Positions 50,301-63,000 of a stretch of DNA of 64,000 bases are shown one piece after another; position 1 is the first letter of the stretch, and each line of letters starts with the position of its first letter. The notes beneath the pieces were generated by a model, which was given only the letters and a program-made list of their open reading frames with translations, made no database searches and was not told where the DNA came from. Source of the DNA: Anaeramoeba ignava BMAN (taxonomy: Eukaryota > Protista > Anaeramoebae); the NCBI GenBank assembly GCA_028826165.1, contig JAPDFW010000044.1:62001-126000 (forward strand). Direction: 5' to 3'. The translations under genes were made by a program, and so were the position numbers.

Positions 50301-53300
50301 AGAACTTTTAAATGAAGAAATTTTAAAAAATAAAGTGAAAAAATCAATAATTTTTACAAGAGGATATAAAAGAGAAATTGGAAAAATTGAAGAAAAATAT
50401 TCAGAATATTCATTTAAAATTTTAGATTTACAAAACAAAGATAAAATTATCAAAGAAGAAAATGAAGAATTAATTTCCAATATTCCAAAAGAAAAAAATA
50501 TTTTAATTATTCATTTCAAACAAAATCAAATTGAATTATTTTATCAAATTAAAATTTTAATTGAACAAATAATTTCTCAAAACAATAATAATAATCAAAA
50601 CAGAATAGAAAATTCTTATATTATATTATTTATTCATTTATCTTTCACTTCAAATTCTAAATCATTTCCTTTTTATTTTGAAAAAAATTGGGAACATTAT
50701 TATATTGAAGAAATTGAACCTTTATTTAATCTTAAAAATTTACCTCAAAATCTTTTAGAATCATTTAATTATTTACAAAAAAACAAACAAATAGAAAAAA
50801 TAATAATAGAAAATTTAGGAATAATTCTTTCAAAAGAAAAAGATTTAACAAATGAAAATTTCAAAAAAGAAAAAGAATTAATTGAAAAAAACCTTTTTAA
50901 GAATAGAAAAATGAAAAAACAAATTATCCAAAAAATTAGAAAAATGATTGAATTATCAATTAAATCAAAACATGAAAATTTTAAATGGGAAATTTTTAAT
51001 ATTTTACATAATTTCAAACAAAAGAAAGAGAAAGAGAAATTTATAAGTATTTTATTTGATAAAGTTAAAGAAGATTTAATTGAAATTTTTGATATATTTT
51101 TCCAAAATATAAATCAAAATGAAAATTTAACAATTTTATTAAATTCAAAAGATGAAAAAATGAAAGAAATTTGGAGTAATATATTTCAACAATTTGAAAT
51201 TCCTTGTTATTCAATTTACAAAACAAAAACAATTAAACAAGAATTCCCATTTTCATCAATAATTTATTCAATAATTCAACAAAATGAAACAATTTCTCAA
51301 CAAAACAAAATTATTCCATTTATTGATTCATCTTTTAATGATGAAATTATTCAAAAATATTTAAAAGATTTTATCAAATTGGTTCTTAATTCAGAACAAG
51401 AAAATATTTTCCAAAATTTAAAAATTAATTTAGGAAGAATTATCAACAATTATTATCATCAAAAATCCAATGAAAAAATAAAAACAATTTCATTTCAAAA
51501 AATTCAACAAATTTATTTTGAAAAAATTCATCAAAAATTAATTAATTTACTTTTTATTTCCAAATTAATTAATTTCAAACCAAAAACAAAAACAAAAAGA
51601 AAAAATGAAAAGAGAAAAAGATTTTCACTTTTATTGATTATGGGAAAAGTGATTGAAAAAATAAAAGAAGATAAAGAAGAAATAATTCAAAATGATAATA
51701 TTGAAGAATTATTTGAATTTTGGATTGAAATAAATCAAAAACAAGAAGAAAAAGAAGAAATTGAAAAACTTTATAATGAATGGATTATTCAAACATTTCA
51801 AAAACAATTTTCAATTCAATTAAAACAATTAAATCCAAAAAAAACACGAGAAAAATATAATTATCAAAAAATTGAAAATGAATTAATGATTAATAAAATA
51901 ACAAATGAATTAATTGAAGAATTATTTTCAGAAAATATCAATTATAAAAAATCAAAATTTGTAAAAAATCTCAAAAAGAAAAAAAACCAATTTATTTATG
52001 TTTGAAAAGTAATGAAAGAAAATGTTCAATTTGTGAAGAAGAAATTGAAGAAAATGATACAAAACATTTCAGAACAATTAAAAAAAGTAAAATTGAAGAA
52101 TATAGAAAAGAAATTATAAATATTTTCCATAAATTTTCAAAATATTTAACATTTTATGGAAGAATAATTTTTCAACAATTTTTATTCAAGAAAAAATTAA
52201 CAAAAAAATTTAATTTTGGATTTATTCAAAAATTTTTAAATTATTCAATACAAAAATTGAAATATTTTTAAAAGTTAAACAAATTGAAAATATTTATTCA
52301 ATTTTTTATCCAATACTTAAAAATTTATTTTCACTTATTCAAAATGAAAACTCAAATGAAGATGATGAAATTATTAATTTTATTGATGAATTTTTGGAAA
52401 ATACAAATCAAAAAATATTAGAAAACAAACCAGAAAATATTATTCTTATTTCTTGTATAAAAATTATTAATGAAAATGAAGAAATAAGAAACAAGATTAA
52501 ATCATATTTAGAAAATAATAAATATAATCAACAAAATCTCTTAACAACTGACAGTTTCTCTGATTTAAAGAATAAAAAAATACAACAAGAATCAAAATTA
52601 AAATCACTTTGGGATAATATGCATTACTCAGCCAAATCTCAATCTCAATCTAAATCTAAATATAAATCAAAACAAAAAAAGAAACAGATTGATGGATTAA
52701 ACTTAGATATTTCTCAAAAGCCAAAATCAAAAAAAGAAAAGAAAAAAGAAAAAGAATTAGAAAAAGCTAAAACAGTTTCAGTTTCAATTTCAAATTTAAA
52801 TTCAAAACCCAAGAAAGAATATAAACCAAGTTTGAAAGCAAAAAATATTATGATTTCAATTTCTAAAAATCAATTCTCAATTCAAAATATTATTAAATTT
52901 ATTGAAAAAAGAAAAATGTTACTTCGAAATCCAAAAAAAATAATACAAAAATTTGAAAATAGTTTTTCAAAAAAAAGTGGAAAAATATGGATTAAATTTA
53001 TTTTTAATGAAATTGAAAATGATAAAGGAAGAAATTATCTTCAAAATTTTATTGAAAAAGAAGTTCCTGATAAAATTAAAGAACTAGAAATTTCTCAAAA
53101 TATTTTAAATTCAAAAAGAAATGATTCAATAATAATAGAATATCCAAAAAAGAACAAAGATCAATCATTATTATATTATTATGAACAAAAAGAAATTGGA
53201 AATGATTTATCATTAAAATTTCAAAAAACACATATTTCATTTGTTTCAGAACATAAAATAAGTTATATCATTTCACAATTTTATCGAAAATTTTGGGAAA

Positions 53301-55602
53301 TTGAAAAAGAAATTGAAAACAAAGAAATTTTCAAAATGATAATTCAAAGTGTTGAATTTATTGATAATACAAAACTTGAACCATTTCGGCTTTTATTTTC
53401 ATCTGATCTTTTATTTGAAGTTGGAGAATCACAATTAAAACAAGAAATGCTTGAAAAATTATATTGTCCATCAATGGGATCACATCCATTTCAACAAGAA
53501 TTTGAAAAAGAAAAAAGTTATTGGAAATTTTGTGAAAAGGGACATTTAAATTTTGTGAAATCTTCTCATATTAAATTACAAAATTGGTGTGAATTTTGTA
53601 AATCAAGTTTAAAAGAAAATGAAATTAATTCAGAATTTTTTGAAAATGTTTTATCTTATTCAGTTTCTAAAATACCAAATTCAAATCCATTATTAACATA
53701 TCGAAAATTACATCCAATAACTTTTAGAATTATTAGATTATTAATTCATTCATCAATTCTTCCTTTTTCAATTATTTGTGAAAAATTTTCAAATCATTTC
53801 ATTTCAATGATTAATAATTGTGTTTTTAAACCAAAAAATCAAAAAGAATTAATCCAACAATTAATTTCTCATATTGGAAATGATTTATTGATTTTATCCA
53901 AATTAACAAATCTTACAAATTATCAAACAATACTTTATTATTATGAAACATTAAAATTATTTTCCAAAAAGAGAATTCCAAATTTTTTATTAAAAAAAGA
54001 TAATTTCAAAGAAGTTGAAACAAGAAATAAATTGGAAGAAATATTTTCTGATGTTTTTAAAGAAAATCATGAAAAAATAATTTCAAATATTAAAAGAAAA
54101 TATAAAATCAACAAAAAATTACAACAATACAAAACAATAAATTTATTTGATTTATCAAAACCAAATTTATATCCAATTATTAATTTATATATTCAAAAAA
54201 AAGAAAAAGATTTTGAAAAATATCCATTAATTAAATTTATAATTGAAAATTATTCAAAATTAGAAATATTAAATTTATTTGAAGGATTTATTAAATTTAC
54301 AAGTTTAATAATGAAAAAAATGAATGGAAAAATTTCAAAAGAAGAAGCAAAAGAAATTCAAATTCAAAAATTTATTGAAACAGAAAACAATCCAATAATC
54401 AATAAATTATATTTACAATTTGAAGAATTTTGGAAATTAAGTTCAAAAGAAATTAAATATTTACAAATTACAAAAGAAATTAATGATGATAATTTCAAAT
54501 ATGAAATTAAAAAAGAAGATATAATTGATTTTTGTTTAACAGGAAAAGAAAATTATAATTTAATGATTCCAATATTAATTGAACATTCAATTAATCTTCA
54601 TAATGAATTAATTAAATCTCCATTTCTAAAATCTATTTTCCAAGATTCACAACAAAATGAACAAAATGAAAATAATGAAAATAATGAAAATAATCAAGAA
54701 TTTAAAGAATCAATTCTTCATTTCCCAAAAATATTAAATTCAGATTTTATTAAAATTATCAAATTTAATACTCAAGAATTTCAAGAATTTATAAATTATA
54801 ATAATTTAATTCAAGAATTAGATTATATTGAAGAATTTATTAGAAAAAAATTAAATTATTTAAAAGAAACAAATATTTTCAAAATTGAAATTGAAAATTT
54901 TAATTATTATGGAAAACAAATTGAAATCAAAACAGAATTTCTTGAAAAAGAAAAAAATGGGAACAAGAAGAATTAAACTATGATAAATGGAAACAAATTA
55001 AAGAAGAATTAGAAAAGAATAATTTGTTTGAAACTTTTGGAAAACTTATTGAATATATAATTTTGGGATGTCAAAATATTAAAAATGAAAATAAATTTTC
55101 AAAATTAAAAGATTTATCAATAATAGAATTTATTAAAACAAAACTTGAATTTCAATTTAAATTTGAATTTAAAAATTTAGAAGATATTGAAAATAATTTA
55201 TCAAAATTTAAACAATTTGCTAAAATGAAACATCTTTTATTTATTCATAAACAATTTAAAGATAATTTTGAAAATATTTTGGAAAATCTTGATAAAAAAT
55301 TCAAAATGGAAATGACTTCTTTCCAAATTTTATTATTAGAAAATTCATTAGAAAAAATTACAAAAAATATCCCAATATTTGATTTTATTTGTGTTTTGAA
55401 AGATTTTATTAGGAAACTTAAAGGAAATTTTAATAATACTTATTCATTTAAAAAATTATTTCTTTTTTCAATTAAAGATAAAACAGCAAATATTTACAAA
55501 GAAATTGAAGAAAATTTTGATAATGATGAAGTAATTTTATTAGGAAACATTTTTCATGTTTATCAATTTTGCTCAAATATTTTTTATGGAAACCAAAATT
55601 AA
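41349..55602 (+). CDS. RNF213/mysterin-like giant AAA+ / RZ-finger protein (roughly 4700 codons), degenerate; broken by about 9 frame changes and one intron near 48625-48698 (assembly errors or pseudogene)
   Basis: Colinear RNF213-type motifs across successive ORFs: FTSKISGMGKT, KLPVIFIGG, ILFNDFNT, QIPLLII, FYGIKDY, SRHLMI, IYPLLDDLFNQNY, LLNQFEKH, FCEKGH..WCEFCK, RKLHPITFRIIRLLIH. Confidence 0.75.
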
Positions 55603-56990
55603 AATTAAAATCAAAATCAAAATTAAAATTAAAATCAAAATTAAAATTAAAATTAATATTAAAATTAAAATTAAAATTAAAATTAAAATTAATATTAAAA
55701 TTAAAATTAAAATTAAAATTAAAATTAAAATTAAAATTAAAATTAAAATTAAAATTAAAATTAAAATTAAAATTAAAATCAAAATCAAAAATCAAAATTA
55801 AAATCAAAATCAAAATTAAAATTAAAATTAAAATCAAAATTAAAATTAAAATCAAAATTAAAATTAAAATCTAAATCAAAATTAAAATTAAAATCTAAAT
55901 CAAAATTAAAATTAAAATTAAAATTAAAATTAAAATTAAAATTAAAATTAAAATTAAAATCTAAAATTAAAATTAAAATCAAAATTAAAATTAAAATTAA
56001 AATCTAAATTAAAATTAAAATTAAAATTAAAATTAAAATCAAAATTAAAATTAAAATTAAAATTAAAATTCAAATTAAAATTAAAATTAAAATTAAAATT
56101 AAAATTAAAATTAAAATTAAAATTAAAATTCAAATTAAAATTAAAATTAAAATTAAAATCTAAAATCAAATTTAAATTCAAAATCAAATTCAAATTCAAA
56201 ATCTAAATCAAAATCTAAATCAAATCCACTATTAAATTTTAAATTAAAATTAAAATTAAAATTAAAATTAAAATTATAAATAAAAATGAAAATCAAAATT
56301 AATATTAAAATCAAAATTAAAATTAAATTCAAAATCTAAATTAAAATCAAAATCAAAATCAAAATCAAAATTAAAATTAAAATTAATATTAAAATTAAAT
56401 TTAAAATTAAAATTCAAATCCAAAATCTAAATCAAAATCTAAATCTAAATCAAATCCACTATTAAATTTAAAATCAAAATTTAAATTAAAATTAAAATCA
56501 AAATTAAAATTAAAATAAAAATCAAAATTAAAATTAAAATCAAAAATTAAAATTAAAATAAAAATCAAAATTAAATTAAAATTAAAATTAAAATCAAAAT
56601 TAAAATTAAAATTAAAATTAAAATCAAAATTAAAATTAAAATTAAATTTAAAATTAAAATTAAAATTAAAATTAAAATTAAAATTAAAATTAAAATTAAA
56701 ATTAAAATTAAAATTAAAATCAAAATTAAAATCTAAATCTAAATCAAAATTAAATTTAAAATTAAAATTCAAAATTATAATCAAAATTAAAATCTAAAAT
56801 TAAAATCAAAATTAAAATTAAAATCAAAATCAAAATTAAAATTAAAATTAAAATTAAAATTAAAATTAAAATTAAAATTAAAATTAAAATTAAAATTAAA
56901 ATCAAAATCAAAATCAAAATTAAAAATCAAAATCAATATTAAAATTAAAATTAAAATCAAATTCAAATCCAAAATCTAATTCAAATTCAC
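55595..56990 (+). repeat. Intergenic (AAAATY)n hexamer microsatellite
   Basis: Directly visible; starts at the RNF213-like stop codon. Confidence 0.95.
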
Positions 56991-57168
56991 TATTAAATTT
57001 TAATTTTAATTTTAATTTTAAATGAAGAAAAAAAAAAAGCAAAAAAAAAAAATAAAAAAGATTTTAAGGGATAAATAAAAAAATCAAAAAAAAAAATTAT
57101 TTTTCATTTATTATTTTTTTCATTTTTTTCTTACACCTTTTTTTTTTGAGTTTTTTTTTTTTTAATCA

Positions 57169-59946
57169 ATGGGAAATTCACCAAACGCATTACAAATTCC
57201 AAAATCGAAAGCAAACAATTATTTGAAAAGAATTACAACAAATTCGGATCCAATTTGTTTGTTATCTCCAACAAAAGAAATGATTCGAGCGAATAAAGTT
57301 TTTATGGATCTTTTTCGAGGATCAAAAAAACAAGTCAGAAAAATGCAAATTGTAAATCAATTACCTCGTTTACAAACACATTTTAATAATCAAAGTTCTG
57401 TTTCAATCATTGAAAGAGAAGTTTCAAATGCTATTGCGTATTTTTTTCTTTTTTCTTTTTTCTTTATTTTTTATTTTTTATTTTTATTGATCGTTTGGAT
57501 TTAAAATCAAAAAAAAAATAATAAACAATTTATTATTGAAATAGAAATAAAAATTCAATTAACCAATTCTAAATAAAATCCAAAAATCACAATTAAATTA
57601 TAATTAAAATCCAAAAATCACAATAAAATCATAAATTAAATCATAAATTAAATCACAATTAAAATCATAAATTAAATTATAAATAAATCACAATTAAAAT
57701 CACAATTAAATCACAATAAAATCATAAATAAAATCATAAATAAAATTATAAATTAAATTATAAATTAAAATCACAATTAAATCACAATTAAATCACAATT
57801 AAATTATAAATTAAATCACAATTAAATCACAATTAAATCACAATTAAATCACAATTAAATCATAAATAAAATCATAAATAAAATTATAAATTAATTATAA
57901 ATTAAATTATAAATTAATCACAATTAAATCACAATTAAATTATAATTAAATTATAAATAAATTATAAATTAAATTATAAATAAATCACAATTAATTATAA
58001 ATTAAAATCACAATAAAATCACAATTAAATCACAATAAAATTATAAATAAAATCATAAATAAAATCATAAATTAAATTATAATTAAAATCACAATAAAAT
58101 CACAATAAAATCACAATAAAATCACAATTAAATTCAAAAAAAATAAAATCATAATCAAAAAATCATAAATAAAATCATAAATAAAAATCATAAATAAAAA
58201 TCATAAATAAAATCATAAATTAAATCACAATTAAATTATAAATAAAATCATAAATAAAATCATAAATTAAATTACAATTAAATCATAAATAAAATTATAA
58301 ATTAAAATCATAAATTAAAATCAAATCAATAAAATCAAATCACAATTAAAATCACAATAAAATCACAATTAAATCACAATTAAATCACAATTAAATCATA
58401 AATTATAAATAAAATCATAAATAAAATTATAAATTAAATCACAAATAAATTATAATTAAATCACAATTAAATTAAATCACAATTAAATTATAAATAAAAT
58501 CATAAATAAAATTATAAATTAAATTATAAATTAAATCACAATTAAAATCAAAATTAAATCAAAATAAAATCACAATTAAAATTATAAATAAAATTATAAA
58601 TAAAATCACAAATAAAATATAAATAAAATCACAATTAAATCATAAATAAAATCATAAATAAAATCATAAATTAATTATAAATTAAAATCACAATAAAATC
58701 ACAATAAAATCATAAATAAAATCATAAATAAAATTATAAATAAATTATAAATAAAATCACAATTAAATCATAAATAAAATCATAAATAAATCACAATTAA
58801 AATCACAATTAAAATTAATATTAAAATCAAAATCAAAATCAAAATCAAAATCAAAATCAAAATAAAAATCAAAATCAAAATTAAAATTAAAATTAAAATT
58901 AAAATCAAAATCAAAATCAAAATCAAAATCAAAATCAAAATCAAAATCAAAATCAAAATCAAAATCAAAATCAAAATCAAAATCAAAATCAAAATCAAAA
59001 TCAAAATCAAAATCAAAATCAAAATCAAATTAAAATTAAAATCAAAATCAAAATCAAAATTAATATTAAAATTAAAATCAAAATTAAAATTAAAATTAAA
59101 ATCAAAATCAATATTAAAATTAAAATCAAAATTTAAATAAAATTATATTTGAAATTAAGTGATATAAATGGAAGATGCTCATTCTTTATACAAATGAAAA
59201 GATTTACAGGAGAAATATTTTGGGCACACGTTGGACTTTTAATGGTAAATGTAAACACAAAACCAATGTGTCAAGTACTAATCAAAGAAACGGAAAAACC
59301 ACAAACAATTCAAGTTGAGAATATCGAAGAAGTAGAAACAAAGCTAGTAGTTGATTTAACAGACGATCCAAGCGATGCACAAACAGCAGAATTCAGGATG
59401 ACTGGAGGAACTGATAGTGAAACATCAGGTCCAAATTTACATTCAGTTGGATTCACAAAAACACAATTTTCATCACCTTCTAATTCACGAAACTTTGATG
59501 ATCTCCCGCCTATTGCTCAAGAAACTAGTCTCCATTTAGAACCTTCACCAATTGACACTCAAATCTCGGAATTGATTCATTCAACTAAATCACAAATTCG
59601 TGCTTGTGAAAATATGGATTTGGAACATCTTATTGTTCCGAAACTGAATGCTATTGAACGTATTTTTTCTGATGTTAATCAACGTTTGGCAATTGATATT
59701 CTTCAATTGAAATCAAATATTCAACACAAAAGAATCGCTTCTAAAAAAAAATATGATTCTTTAGAATCTGATATTCAAAGAAGACTCGAAGGAATGAAAG
59801 AGGAACAAATTATTAAAAAGAAAATTGAATCTGAAAATCATAGTTTGAAAAAAGAATTTCGTCTTTATTTAAATTCTATTCATCAACTCCAAGAAATTTC
59901 CGATAAAACAATTCAATTAATTTCTCAAGAACAAAAAGATTTTTAA
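57169..59946 (+). CDS. PAS-domain + coiled-coil protein with a likely N-myristoylation start; exons 57169-57437 and 59160-59946
   Basis: MGNSPN start; PAS-like SDPICLLSPTKEMIRANKVFMDLF and QMKRFTGEIFWAHVGLLMV joined by a phase-2 GT-AG intron (GC|T = Ala); C-terminal heptad-like region. Confidence 0.72.
57570..59130 (+). repeat. Intronic compound satellite: 11-12-bp (AAATCACAATT/AAATCATAAATA)n followed by (AAAATC)n
   Basis: Directly visible in intron 57438-59159. Confidence 0.92.
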
Positions 59947-60037
59947 ATGATTTATTTTTCTTCTTAATTTTTCTTCTTAATTTTTTAGTTCATTAAAAAT
60001 TTTTTCATTTTTTTTCTTTTTCTTTTTCTTTTTCTAA

Positions 60038-63000
60038 ATGAATTCAACTTCTTTATTTCAATTAATTGATTCTCAAAATTTTGAAACTTTAAAATCTCAA
60101 TTAGAAAAAGAACCTGATTTAATTAAACAAACTGATGTAAAAATTAAGAAAATTAAAAATTAAAATGAATTTAAAATTAATTATTTTTAATTTAGAATGT
60201 AAAATTTAAAATTAAAAAAATTAGAAATGAAAAATTGAAACAATAATGAAAATTTATATTAAAATTAAGGGATGGAATCTTCTTCATTATTCTTGTTCTA
60301 CTTCAAACACAGAAAATTTAATTGAATTTTTAATTTCAAAAGGAATGGAAATAAATTCCAAAACTGTAAATAAAAAAAAAATAATAATTTTTTTAACTTC
60401 TTTTTATCAATAAATTCAACTTTATTTATTTAGGATGTATTCAAAAAAAAGTTCTAATTTTAATTTTAGTTTTAATTTTAATTTTTAAACAAAAAAGACT
60501 GTAAAAAAAATTTTCAGTTATTTTTTTTAAATCCAAAAAAAAATTTATTTGAAATAATTTTATATTTATTAAATTATATTAAAAGGGTTTAACTCCTCTT
60601 CATATTTGTTGTTGGAATGATCTTGATATTTCTGTTTTTAATATTCTTTTAAAAGCTGGAGTTGATGTTAATTCTGAATCTGTAAAAAAAAATATTTTGT
60701 TGTTTTTTTTTTTGAATTAAGAAAAAAATATTTTTGCTTTTTTTTTTAAAATTGATTTAGAATGTAAAAATTGTTCCACTTTTTTTTTCCTCAATTTATT
60801 ATTTACTTATTTAAATTTTAGTCAGTAATAATCAAAATAAAAATAATAAAAAATAATTTATTTAATTCTTCTTTTCTTTTTTTTTAAATTAGAAAATTAC
60901 TCCTTTACATTTAGCCGCTCAAACTGAAATGAATCATGAAAAAATTAAACTTTTAATTGATAATGGAGCAAATATTTATGCAAGAAATGTGATTTTTTTT
61001 TTGATTTTAAAAATTATTTTTTGATTAAATCCATTATTCATTTTCCTTTTTATTTAGCAAGTAAATTTTTAATTTTAATTTTTATAAATGAATATTAAAT
61101 TAATTTTTAATTTTATTTTTAGTTTGTATTCCTCATTTTTATCAATTTTTCCCAAATATTGTATTTCTTTTTTTATTCATTTCAATATTTTTGGAAAATT
61201 TATAGAATTCAACACCTCTTTCATTTGCTCTTCAATCTAAACAAGATTTGGAAACAATTAAATTATTATCTTCAAAAGAAATTATCAAATCAAAAAATGT
61301 ATTTATTTTTTAATTTTAATTTTAAATTTTAATTTTGATTTTAATTTTAATTTTAATTTTGATTTAGTTTGTAAAATTCAAAAAGAAAAGAAAAGAAAAA
61401 GTTTTTTTTTATTTTATTCAATATTTCTTTTTTTTAGATTGTAAAATTTTTCAAATTCAAAAGAAAAAAAATTTAATTTTTAATCCAAAAAAAAAAATAA
61501 AGGAAGTGATTAAAAATTTTTTGATATTTTTTTTTTAAAAAATGTTTTAAATTTTTCTTTTTATTATTATTTATAAAAGTTAACTACATCTTTACATCTA
61601 GTTCTTTCCAGTAATCCTTCATTAGAAGTTGTTAAATTCTTAATTGATAATGGAGCAGATATTAATTCTCAAGATGTTTCTTTTTTTTTTTAACAAAATT
61701 TGAAATGAATACATTTTGTATTTTAATATCATTTTCATTTTCATTTTCATTTTCAATAGAAAGTAAATATAAACATTTATATTTTTTTTTTCAAATAAAT
61801 TTACTCATATTTATTTAAACACAATTTAAAGAAAGTAAATTCAAAATAAATTCTTTTAAAATTCAAAATATATTCTTTTATAATTCAAAATAAATTATTT
61901 TATAATTCAAAATATTTTTATATAATTCAAAATAAATTCTTTTATAATTTAGAAAGCAACACCTTTATATTATTCAATAATTCACAAAAATCCATTTGAA
62001 ATTCAAGAACTTCTTCTCAAATTTGGTGCTGATCCAAATATTAGTTCAGTAATTTTTTCTTTTAAAAATTTATAAATCTAAATAGAAAAGAAAAAAAAAA
62101 GAAATTAATTTTGCTTCCATTTTAGTTTTCAATTTTATTATTAATAACTCAAAATCCTTCGAAATTTTTAAATCCTGACAAAGAAATTGAACTTCTTATA
62201 AAATATGGAGCTAAAATTAAAGATGATAATAATAATAATGTATCAAAAAAATCAAATCAAAAAAATTTCAAAACAAATTTATGGTTGTTATTATTATTAT
62301 TGTTATTTGATTTTAGTATGAAAATAGTCTTTTATTTAATGCAATCAATCATTCCTTTTCTCCTAAAACTGTCGATTTGTTACTTAATTTAAAACCTAAT
62401 ATTGATATTAAGGTTTGATTTCAATTTAAATCAAAAATCAAAATTACAACTAAAAATTAATCATTAAATTTCTTTCATTTCTTAATTTTCTTTTAGTTGC
62501 CTGTATTTTAATTATTTCTTTTCTTTTGTAAATCATCAATATTTAATTCCATTTTATTTTAGAATGTAAATTATTTCCAAAAAAAAATTGTTTCTTTTGT
62601 TTTTCTTAATTGAAGATCATTCCAATTATTCAAAAAAAATCATTTTTTTTTAGAATCACTCTATGTTATCATTTGCAATAAAGCAAAAATATCCTCTTTC
62701 TATAATTGAAAAAATTTATAATATGGGTTCTAATGATGTTAATCGCCTTGATGCTGTATTTTATTTTATTTTATATTTTCAAATATCAAGATTTCAAAAA
62801 AAAAAAATTGAAAACAAATTCCTTTTTAAATAATTTTATAGGATGTAAATAATTCAATTCATTTTGGGAAATTTTGATTTATTCATTTTTTTTTCTTCTT
62901 CTTAAAATTTAGTCTAAATCACCTTTATTTCATTCAGTCTTTCATGATTCAGTTGAAGTTTGTGAATTTCTTCTTAAAAACAAAGCAGATCCAAATCAAG

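Noticed and set aside
55472-56972. Multiple poly-IL/KI/FN ORFs (similar ones at 17429, 23993, 24714, 25592, 29784, 32680-33570 and 58780)
   Set aside because: Stop-free frames of (AAAATY)n or (TTTATA)n satellites, with no coding complexity.
55595-56990. Telomeric or interstitial telomere repeat
   Set aside because: The unit has no G-rich strand, is heterogeneous, and is the same as the hexamer found in many introns.
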